A DNA stretch of 62,988 nucleotides, the filler included, from Babesia bigemina (taxonomy: Eukaryota): assembly GCF_000981445.1 (NCBI RefSeq). It is 9 parts of 9 records of this genome, joined end to end, with 100 filler letters (N's around TTAATTAATTAA, not from the genome) between each part and the next. Parts side by side here need not be neighbours in the genome. Positions count along the whole stretch, not along the records: positions 7,892 to 18,863 come from NW_012237255.1; positions 18,964 to 33,588 come from NW_012237256.1; 7 more parts are not named here. The stretch is one strand, 5' to 3'. Below, piece by piece: positions 12,481-22,000 of this stretch. Made by a program: the position numbers and the translations under genes. The notes beneath the pieces are model-generated. The model searched no databases, was not told the origin of the DNA, and was given only the letters and a program-made list of their open reading frames with translations. Position 1 is the first letter of the stretch; each line of letters begins with the position of its first letter.

Positions 12481-13799
12481 TGAGTAGCGGCAAACGCTGA
12501 CTGGCTGTCACACCTGGCTGCGATAAATCGATAGACATTTGTTTTGCTAAATTCTGGCAACCTTGTATATTTGTATGATGTTTTGAAATATTCTGTCACC
12601 TCGTCTCTTCAGCCCTTACGTTTTGGGGCCAAAAATCAGCTATCCATGGCCTAGCGTCATAAGGCAACAGGCATCCTTCCATATAGAGCTGCGCGTGAGC
12701 AATTTACATGGCCCGGTTGCACAAAATTTTCAAAACGATGTTCTAAGTCACATTCAACAGTGTAGTGCAATTGTGATGCGAGTTAGCGGTCAAAATACTG
12801 ACGCTTACCTGTGGCTCACCGAATACCTGGTGGGTGGTAACTACGTACGCTGAATAGTCACCTTATACAGCGTCGAAGTGTAGTCACAATTGCGGAATAC
12901 GCTTGTGTTTATGCATAGCGTTTTTCCAGTAACACCAGCAGAAAATTGCAGCCTCACACCGCACAACGTACAGCAGTGCTCACCTAGGATAATTACGGTG
13001 ACACGAGGGCGTAATATCGGAACACGTCGTAGACATTATAGTTTACTTTACACATCAATATACCACATTTGTTCGCAGAAAAACTCTACCTACAAGCGAA
13101 TTTGACCACAGTCTACTGCGTGCATCACCTTTATGTAGTAGGGGCAGTACGTTATCCTGTATCGTTGTTGTTTCGTGCAATATGAACGTGATGGTATGTG
13201 ATGCAAGTACTATACTACGACGTAAACATAACAGTCATACACAGGTATTAGTGGCAACCACGCGGCGAGGCATGTATCACACGGCAGGGCAGCGAAGCTG
13301 CCCACATTAGAGTAGGTGTACTACATACAAATACTTTGATTTTATATGATATATAACAAGTACGTCGTTACATTAGCACGTCTGTGACACGTGATTTCAG
13401 TATAGCTTACATCGGCTGCATGTCTTTTCACGGGACAGTGCAGCTGACGTGAAGTTTTCTATATCTGGCGGCAACAACTACGAATGTAAATCATCGTGTT
13501 TCATATCAACATGGAGTGTGGTATATAGTACAATAAGCAATTTCAACCCAACTTCACGACTTACCTATTTCAGTGCAGTGGCTGTGGGTACCGTGACACA
13601 TGCTACGACATCCGCAGCCATAAACCGCGTTTATACGTGGTCACCCGTGATTCCTTAAATGTGATGAATTACCTACATAATCATCAATTTAAAAGCTACC
13701 TGATCCACTTGTTTATAAATTTGATAGTACTGTAAACCGCCCGATTTCGGTTGCTGTGTTAGGTGACAGGGCTGTTGCGTTTCCATGGGCAACAACGGT

Positions 13800-16700
13800 G
13801 GTATCCACCGTGCATTCATATAACGCTTAAATTAGCAAAAATAGACAAATGTCTACTGTTAGCAACTAAATAAAACGTTAAATTAAGTTATCTCATCTTA
13901 TAGTGTGCTATGTGGCTACGTGCCTAGGGCCGGTTTTCGTGTTTGCGGGGCTAACGCCTCACGCTGAAACCGGTTGCGGGATCCACGCCGGTCCATTGCC
14001 GGACGTCACTGGTGCCATCCATGCGGGCATCCATCCAGTTTGGGCTTGAGGGTCTTCTACGGAATCGTAGTCTTCTTTCGGCTTCATATCCCTCATCACT
14101 ATTTTATGTGTTTCTTGGATCACTACCCTTTGTATGTGGGCTTCCATGCGATCCGATATGCCCAGGTCCCGTCTATACTTGCTGTGTTCTTTCGTCACTA
14201 TTCCCTCCCACGTCATAACGTAGGGGATAACCCTGATCTTGGTGTGCTGGTTAAACTGTCGCGCCTTGAGGTCCTCAATAAGGTCTTCATACTTCTGCTT
14301 CTTGAACTTCTCCGTATCCACTAGGTTGTCTTGATTGGTGATTCCTATCTCCACGATGGTTATGGTGTTCCTCCGCCGATCCGCCAGGATGATGTCTGGC
14401 CTGTTGTATTCCTTAGTCTTCTGAGTCTTGACCGTCTTGTCGTACGCGATCCATCCGTATTTTCCATGTACTTCACTCTCGATCTTGTGGGCGTCTATCT
14501 TCTCCTTGGGTAGTCCTATTTGCCTCCCGAGTACTGAGTGGACCCGTTTTGCTACCTCGTTGTGCCTCTTCGTATATTCTAGGTGTAGTAGTTTCTGGCA
14601 CTTCGTCGCGAGGTGATCCACGTTCTTGCCGTTGTTGCATCTTGTGCATTTCTTGGACGAAGACATCCATTGCAGATTCCTATCCTGGACTTCCGCTACG
14701 TTCGCTTCTTCTTCCGGAGTGAGTATTCCACACGTCAGGTACAAGGACGACGCCTCAATGTCCAGCTTGGGGTCCTCACGCTTGGCATACAGAACCTTAT
14801 GAGTTGATTTTACGTGCATTCTGTTGTACAGCCATTTGTTTTGGGCCACCCTGAGGTCCCTGAGGCTCTTGTCCGTAGTGTCCTCCATTCCGAATTCCAT
14901 TCCATATCTTCCTTCCAGGTGCATCTTGATGTGAGATATGTGCGCGTATGTGTCGCGAAAATGCTGCATGATCGCAGCTCTCCTGGTTGACGTCACCTCG
15001 TCTGCTGAAAGCGTCAACCACAGTCGTAGCAGCATGGCTTCCGCTCTAAATACCATGCTGTGGAGCCCTCTCCCCATCTCTTTCCGGGGGAGGTAGAGCC
15101 TCTGTGTGTTCGCCCACTTCTTGTGTCCGTGCTTCGCGTTAATTATTCTCCGTACTGCCAGGTCGATCTTGTCGAAATGCGTGATGTCCATAGGGATCAC
15201 GCCGATGTAGTAGTTGATGACGCTGAGGGCGTACTGGTTGATGGCCATCGAGAGGTTTTTCCCCGACAGCTTTGACGCAGCCAGTAGCTCCGTTCTCCTG
15301 CATATCTCCTGTAGTATTATGTCGAACATTCCGTCGCTTGTCAGTGAGTTTGAAGTCTCTGTGACTCCCAAGTACTTGTACGTTTCCGGGCCTTCCATCT
15401 GCTTGGCGATGCTGGCGCACGCCTCCGTGTTGGTTGCCGACTTGTCGCGGTTGATCCTGAGTCCTATGTCGTTGAAGAACTTCTCCACTTCTCGGCCCAT
15501 TCCTCTCATCGTACTTTCCTCGTGGGCGAAGAACTTGAGGTCGTCAATATAGAGAAAGTGGTTTGTGGCGAATATCCTGCCGCCGGTCACGCTTAACTCC
15601 ACCTTGGGGAAGATGCGAGTCAGGTGCCTGCTCAGCGGGTCCAAGCACAGCACGAAGAGAAGGGGCGATAGGCTGTCGCCTTGGAGAATGCCCCTCTCCA
15701 CTTTCTTGTGCATGATTGTGTTCTTGTTCCACCGTATCTCTATATTCCACCTCTTGATCGTCTGCTTGATGAAGTTTGATAACCACCCTGGTAGGTTAAG
15801 GTTGTCGATAACCCTTGCCAGGTACGCGTGGTCGATTGAGTCGTACGCCTTCATGACGTCGACCCACGTTGCAAGTAACTTCCCCTTGTGCTTCTCGTTG
15901 AGCGCGATGTTCGCTAACGCGTGCTCCTTTGCACCCTGTACGTTGCTCCTCGTGCCCATCTGGTTCTCGGACCGTAGTCCCCTGCCATCGACTTCTCGCT
16001 TAAGCGTCTCCGTTGCACAGCGGGTAGTTAGCTTGTATAGGTTGGACATGCATGTGATAGGCCTGTACTGTGCGGCGGACTTTGGTTTCTTGTTCTTCGG
16101 TAGTAGGTACGTGATCCCACAGTAGAACCAGTCGTCCTGCACTTTGCCTTGCTGGCATGCCTCCTCTACTAGCCTGTAAATGACTCTGTGAAGGGACGTG
16201 AGCCATTTAATGTAGTAGTTGTAGATCCCATCCGCACCGGGCGACTTCCAGTCTCGCAATTTCTTGACGATCGTGACGAATTCCTCGTATGTGGGAAAGC
16301 CTGCCTTGTTCTCTGCCGGTGGTCTTTCGACCAGATATCCTTCACCGTTGTGCGGTGCGTTTGGCTTCACCCACATTTGCGCCCAGTACTCTATCATCAT
16401 CCCCTCGTTTATCGCCGACTCGTCCGCGTCCTGCTTGTTCTCCAGTGTCCTGTAGAAGTGTCCCGTGTAGAGCTCGAACATGCGGTTGTCGTTGTACAAC
16501 TCCTTCTTGAACTTGGCGTTCTTGAGTTTGTCCTGCTCCTTTTGGAGCTCCTCTTGAGTCCTGCTGATCACGTATGACAGTTCCTGCGGCTTGTCCGCGA
16601 TCATGTTGTACTTGTCCATTTGGCGATAAACGCGTTTCCTATCCTCCTTCTCCAGGGGGACCTTCTGCTTGTATTTCAGAAGTAATGCTCCTATCTCCTC

Positions 16701-18192
16701 CAGCTCCTTGATCCTCCTCTCAGCTGCCTCCTTCTTTCCCGAGGACGACGATGGTTTTGCGCTGTACTTGTCGTAGCAGTCCTGTGCCGTCTGATACAAG
16801 ACGGCTAGCATCCCCATGTCAGTGACTGGGTTGTGCTTCACGTAGTTGTGGACCACTAGATCCAGCGACCTTATCGCCGTGAAGTCGAGGGAGTCCATGG
16901 TGTGTCTTTTGTTCTTTACTGTCCTAATCACACCAGGCTCCCTCAACCTCTGTGCCATGATCCGGTCGAAATCCTCCTGCAGGGCGTTGTATGAGTCGAC
17001 GTCGTGCAGCGATGCTATTTCTCCAACGTCCGTCGGTTGGCTCCGCGCTGCTTTGGCGACTACCTGTCTTGCCATCTGCTCCACCTCCTTGTGGGTCTTG
17101 TGGAATTCGAAATGCTCGTTGGCATATTCCGCGAGGACTTTCCATCCTCCTCGTGGCATCCTCTGATACTTCGTCACTACTGCCTTGTAGACGTCCGGTA
17201 CCCAATGACACCATGGTCCATCGATCTGACGCATGACACAGTGCAGGAACTGTAACTTGGCATTCAGCCTAGCGTAGTTCGGCGGCATTTGTGGCGTGTT
17301 CCCGGCCCGTTCAGCCTGCGGGGCGTGCCCTTCGGGTGCCCTCGGCAACGCAGCCGTCTCAGTGAGCGCCACCTCACTGGCGGTGCCCGGTGCTATACTG
17401 TTGTTTGATTCTCTCACAGGCCCGACTTGCTCAGGTTCCTCTTCGTCCACGTCCATAAAGTCATCCGACGATATGGAATACACGGTCGGAGAGCGGCAGC
17501 CACCGTTTCCGACAACCTCCCCTGCCGGTGGCTGCAGGGTAGACAGTGTCTGCACACACACGGGTGCGCGTTCCGAGGAACTCGGCCCGGCGTTGCAAAC
17601 CACGACAGGCGGCGTTTGAGCCGTGTTTCCTGTCTTTTTGGCCTTCCGGTTGTTACCCTTTTGGCCCTGGGGACCGCCGTTCCGCGCTTTGTTTCCAGCG
17701 CCCTTCACAGCCGGAGTGGTTCCGGGCTGGTGTCGTTTCCGGCTTGCCTGCGGGATTGGCCGGCTTTCGCCGCCACGGCCGGCCCCCTTCGAATTTGTGG
17801 GTTTACCTTTAGGGCCCTGAACACCGCTTTGTACCGGTTTTCTGGATTCATGCCGCCTTTCGGGTTGCCGACACTCTCGGCGCCCCACGGTGGCAAGCGG
17901 AGCATCGATGTCCATCCCATCGGGGACGTCCACGTCAATAACCATGAGGTCTCCGTCCTCATCGATTTGACTGCTCAGCTGCACTTCTTGTGAGCTCTCC
18001 ATTGGTACCTTGTTCGTCTATCCAGCGCGCCTGTGTGGCCGCCTTTCGCCTCGCGATGTTGCCGCTTTAATTCCGCACTTTTGGCCTTCAATACACCCCC
18101 CAGTGACATCGGAAAAATTTCCTTTCTGTGATAAACCCGAGAAAACACGTTTCTCAAAGTTTCCCCCAAAATCACAGAAGATTCCAACTCCC
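13800..18192 (-). mobile_element. Non-LTR retrotransposon, RLE (restriction-like endonuclease) group, R4/Dong-like, single ORF; 3' boundary uncertain
   Basis: Intact RT-CCHC-PD(D/E)xK ORF. The 5' boundary is set by the abrupt end of similarity to the ves leader at 18193 (compare 51110-51335). No LTRs, integrase or APE domain seen. Confidence 0.9.
13959..18002 (-). CDS. Retrotransposon polyprotein, 1347 aa: basic/disordered N-terminus, Myb-like helix, reverse transcriptase, CCHC knuckle, REL endonuclease
   Basis: WKSPGADGI, YRPITC, DVMKAYDSI, GILQGDSLSPLLF (~15660-15690), LYIDD (15540-15554), YKYLG, C-X2-C-X7-H-X4-C (14598-14648), KRHN, RPDII...IVEIGI, KKQKY. No stops or frameshifts. Confidence 0.96.
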   Translation of the reverse strand: MESSQEVQLSSQIDEDGDLMVIDVDVPDGMDIDAPLATVGRRECRQPERRHESRKPVQSGVQGPKGKPTNSKGAGRGGESRPIPQASRKRHQPGTTPAVKGAGNKARNGGPQGQKGNNRKAKKTGNTAQTPPVVVCNAGPSSSERAPVCVQTLSTLQPPAGEVVGNGGCRSPTVYSISSDDFMDVDEEEPEQVGPVRESNNSIAPGTASEVALTETAALPRAPEGHAPQAERAGNTPQMPPNYARLNAKLQFLHCVMRQIDGPWCHWVPDVYKAVVTKYQRMPRGGWKVLAEYANEHFEFHKTHKEVEQMARQVVAKAARSQPTDVGEIASLHDVDSYNALQEDFDRIMAQRLREPGVIRTVKNKRHTMDSLDFTAIRSLDLVVHNYVKHNPVTDMGMLAVLYQTAQDCYDKYSAKPSSSSGKKEAAERRIKELEEIGALLLKYKQKVPLEKEDRKRVYRQMDKYNMIADKPQELSYVISRTQEELQKEQDKLKNAKFKKELYNDNRMFELYTGHFYRTLENKQDADESAINEGMMIEYWAQMWVKPNAPHNGEGYLVERPPAENKAGFPTYEEFVTIVKKLRDWKSPGADGIYNYYIKWLTSLHRVIYRLVEEACQQGKVQDDWFYCGITYLLPKNKKPKSAAQYRPITCMSNLYKLTTRCATETLKREVDGRGLRSENQMGTRSNVQGAKEHALANIALNEKHKGKLLATWVDVMKAYDSIDHAYLARVIDNLNLPGWLSNFIKQTIKRWNIEIRWNKNTIMHKKVERGILQGDSLSPLLFVLCLDPLSRHLTRIFPKVELSVTGGRIFATNHFLYIDDLKFFAHEESTMRGMGREVEKFFNDIGLRINRDKSATNTEACASIAKQMEGPETYKYLGVTETSNSLTSDGMFDIILQEICRRTELLAASKLSGKNLSMAINQYALSVINYYIGVIPMDITHFDKIDLAVRRIINAKHGHKKWANTQRLYLPRKEMGRGLHSMVFRAEAMLLRLWLTLSADEVTSTRRAAIMQHFRDTYAHISHIKMHLEGRYGMEFGMEDTTDKSLRDLRVAQNKWLYNRMHVKSTHKVLYAKREDPKLDIEASSLYLTCGILTPEEEANVAEVQDRNLQWMSSSKKCTRCNNGKNVDHLATKCQKLLHLEYTKRHNEVAKRVHSVLGRQIGLPKEKIDAHKIESEVHGKYGWIAYDKTVKTQKTKEYNRPDIILADRRRNTITIVEIGITNQDNLVDTEKFKKQKYEDLIEDLKARQFNQHTKIRVIPYVMTWEGIVTKEHSKYRRDLGISDRMEAHIQRVVIQETHKIVMRDMKPKEDYDSVEDPQAQTGWMPAWMAPVTSGNGPAWIPQPVSA

Positions 18193-18415
18193 GTAGCATC
18201 ATCAGTAAGAGAATGGTCAGTATCAACAAGTTATTATAAAGGTTTATGGAGGTCATAGCGTTAATAAGACAAGGTAATTCGGCGGATTTGGAGTTAGGGT
18301 GAACATGGTCAGGGCAGTGGCAAGAGGTGGAAGAGGGGAAGTGAAGGGTGACAAGGGACAAGTTATTATAAAAGTTTATGGAGGTCATAGCGGTATTATG
18401 GCGAGGTAATTCAAG
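18193..18415 (-). other. Orphan ves1-like gene leader (duplicated MTSIN...CHCPDH form) fused to the retrotransposon 5' end
   Basis: Colinear with 51110-51335 upstream of the 1798-aa ves gene. Encodes MTSINFYNNLSLVTLHFPSSTSCHCPDHV, like the N-terminus at 37899. Confidence 0.88.
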
Positions 18416-18863
18416 GGATGTAGAGTGGATAAAGGGGCGATGTAGAGTGGGTAAAGGGGCGATGTAGAGTGGGTTAGGGAGCGATGTAGAGTGGGTTAGG
18501 GAGCGATGTAAGGTGGGTAAAGGGGCGATGTGGAGTGGGTAAAGGAGCGATGTAGAGTGGGTAAAGGGGCGATGTAGAGTGGGTTAGGGAGCGATGTAGA
18601 GTGGATAAAGGAGCGATGTAGAGTGGGTAAAGGGGCGATGTAGAGTGGGTAAGGTAGCGATGTAGAGTGGGTTAGGGAGCGATGTAGAGTGGATAAAGGA
18701 GCGATGTGGAGTGGATAAGGGGCGATGTAGAGTGGATAAAGGAGCGATGTAGAGTGGGTAAAGGAGCGATGTAGAGTGGGTTAGGGAGCGATGTAGAGTG
18801 GGTAAAGGGGCGATGTAGAGTGGGTAAAGGGGCGATGTAGAGTGGGTTAAGGGGCGATGTAGA
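18416..18863 (+). repeat. 22-bp G-rich satellite (GGGGCGATGTAGAGTGGGTTAA consensus)
   Basis: About 20 tandem variant units running into the gap. Confidence 0.97.
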
Positions 18864-19095
18864 NNNNNNNNNNNNNNNNNNNNNNNNNNNNNNNNNNNNN
18901 NNNNNNNTTAATTAATTAANNNNNNNNNNNNNNNNNNNNNNNNNNNNNNNNNNNNNNNNNNNNTTCTTTGCTTTTCACATACTTATTCTCCACATTGAAT
19001 TTAAATGCTTCGGCTAGGTCATTTTTAATTTCGTCGATAGCGTCATTGAGTTTCCGCCTGGATCCAATGCCCTTTGCACTCGTTCCAAAGGGCAT

Positions 19096-22000
19096 TGGAA
19101 CGAGTGCAAAGGGGCAACCAGCATACTTGGGTGGGGTGGTGGATATGGCGATGATCTCGATAAGTACCTCCATGCGAAAAAGACATCCGACTACTACGGT
19201 GGGATTATACCTGGGGGGTTTAATCCGATGGAGGTGAGATATGATTCTTCTGCGTATCCCCAGGGTTCAAATATGGCGTATGACCTAGGAAGTATTTTGA
19301 GCAAAAATGGCCACAATTTTTTCCGCGACATCTTTTCTACTACAGTTGTATCCGACTCCGGCAAGGATAAGGTGAATATTGCAAACGCGCTTCACTTGGT
19401 GGATGTATTTTGTCATATTGTAGCTGAAGAGGCAAAGAAAAACGATGGTGGAGAGTTAATAGAAACATTGAACGAGGATTTACGTAAAACTACGAAACAT
19501 TCCAACACACCTATATATTGGCAATACTTAAAAGAACATTGCGCCGGCCTTCAGTCCCAATTAGACAAATTGTTCGCTGATGGCGCCTTTTCGCAGACCG
19601 GGCAGTCGCCAAAGGTTTCAATGCTTAAGACGAAGGAATTCGCAGAAAGAACAGCGCAGTGGTTAAGAGAGAATTTGAAAAACGTGAAAAACCATTTGCA
19701 AAATTGTGTGATAAGCATCGGTGATATAGACGGTAGAAACACCCGTAAACTTGGAGAACATTTTACGAAAAATGTCTTCGCCTACGGATTCATATTTGGT
19801 TTCAATCCCAATGGATCACACAGGATGAATGCAGCGGATTTGCTTAAAATATGGGGCAGTGTAATTGACACACTGAAGCAAAAAGCTGATGGTTTGGAGA
19901 AACTTGAAGAAATTTTGAATGGTAAACTCCCAGCCCCCCCTCCACCTGAGCCTGTATCGCCTCAGCCTAATCAAACCGAAGCCACGAATCCGGTGGTTGT
20001 GATTGCACCGGGAGCGCAGAGACAGGATAAGCAGGGTGAGGGACCACAGGATCGCAGTAGTGCTCCAAGTGCAGCAACATTTTCAGATTCACAGCTTGGA
20101 AATTCTGATTCACTCTCAACTTCTGTTGTTAAAGGAGACGCAGATACGGCAAGGCCTAAGGGAGATCCAGGCACACCGGGGCCTGGTGGTCCACAGCCTC
20201 AGGATAACTCTCGGTCTCAAGCTCAACGGATCGTTCAACCGCAGAAGCCTATTCAATCCCAACTAGCGCCTTCATCTTCAGTGTTTCCCCACAGTGCTGC
20301 TGGTCTGGCAGTTGATCCGGGTAAGGGTTCAGTGGGCGGCGTTCCTTCAGGTCAACAGCGCGCAGCCTCTCAATCCCCTTCACGTATTCAGCCTACAGGT
20401 GTTCAACGTGCAGACCATACGTCACATGGTGTTCCCGATGCTGGTAGTGAAGTACGCCTCGGTGGCCAGGCCTCTTCTTCTCAGTTTTCTCAGCACAATG
20501 GCATTGCCTCTCCAACAGATACAAACTTCGTCAGTAGTTTGAACTCTGGTTTTGTTTCAAGTTCAGGTGGCGGTGGAGTTAATGGAATCGGTGATCCGAC
20601 ATCTGGGAGCAATGCGACGCACAATCAGCGGATCAAAGTACCTAATAATATGATACCGGATCGGTGTGCTGGTGGTATTCATGTGCGTGATAATGACACT
20701 TCATATTGTCAGACAAAAGGTGTTGCGGTGAAGGCACGGGACTGGCAAACAAAATGGGAAAGAGCAGAGAACCAAAAATGGATAGACGACAAACGTAAAC
20801 AGCAGGAAGCATTAAATCAGGCGGCTCTACAACGGGATTTTCAGAACAGCATTGAGATACAAACAAAATCCATCAGGGAACATCCCAGCAGGCGTAGTTA
20901 CCCTCATGCTCCGCGAGTGGCAGCTGAATTGAAGAAGCGGAACTCAAAAGGCGACCCACAAGCATTATCAGTGCGCAAACATCGAGATAACGTACAAGTT
21001 GGAGAAGCCACTGGACATGCTGCATCGGGCGCCAGTGGCATACCGCGTAGTATGCGTACTCCAATAATACACGTTTTAGGTCACGCCTTGAAACGCCCGG
21101 ATGTAAAGTCAGCGGAGTCAATTAGGCCATTGATTCATCACAAATTTATGACGCGAACTTTACCCTCGGATCCTATTGTGAAGTTACCCAAAAAGCTCAA
21201 CCGTGCGATTGCCAAGAGAGTCATCCAACCCATTAAAGTACTTTTCGATAAGCCGCCGCCCATGAGTCTGCCACATATTCCGAGAAGAATACGGTTATCA
21301 AAATCATTTCTAGAATTCCCTCCCCCATCCCTCACACCTGTTGACTTCGACGATCACCCGGCTGCCGCAGTCATTCCAAGCGTATGCCCGGTCAAATACG
21401 CGAATACGGCGGTTGATAAACTACCGCCCACAGATACGTCTCGACCATCACCCAGAACCGTACGTGAGATGCTGTGCTGGCTGGGGGATTTGCCGAACGC
21501 ACCAAGCTACGAAGAATTGATTAAGCACATCATGTATGTTTTTGGCAAATCTAAATCAATTGATGCTATCCCGGAATCTTTCTCCACCGAGGATGTCACC
21601 GAAGCTTTGTCCCAGACCTGTGGCCACGCCAGTTCTGTGCTTGCTGGCATACATGGGTCTGGTCCTGACGTATCGAAATCCCACTATGAACGCTACGGCG
21701 CTCCCCTGATGTACTACTCCGACGACCCTCATACGCTGCTGTGTCAGGTGCTTAGCTATGTCTATGCAACGTGTCATCAGTTGTCGTTTCTGCGTACACA
21801 GTGCCGAAGGGGAAGAGATTCGGGTGGGTGGAGTGACTGTCAGTTTGGTAAAGGTGTAAAGTCTTCTGAAACATGGCAGTGCACTGAACATCCGCTGGGT
21901 TTCAAGAAATCTAATCACAGGGGCTGCAATCCCTCTCCTCTACAAGGATTTCTCACCGACTGCTCTGTCCTGCCTACCTACTGGTATGATAGGGATAACA

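Noticed and set aside
13959..18002. RT as telomerase (TERT) or group II intron/retron RT because it is near a telomere
   Set aside because: The C-terminal CCHC plus REL endonuclease marks a non-LTR element, and I see no TERT T/CP motifs.
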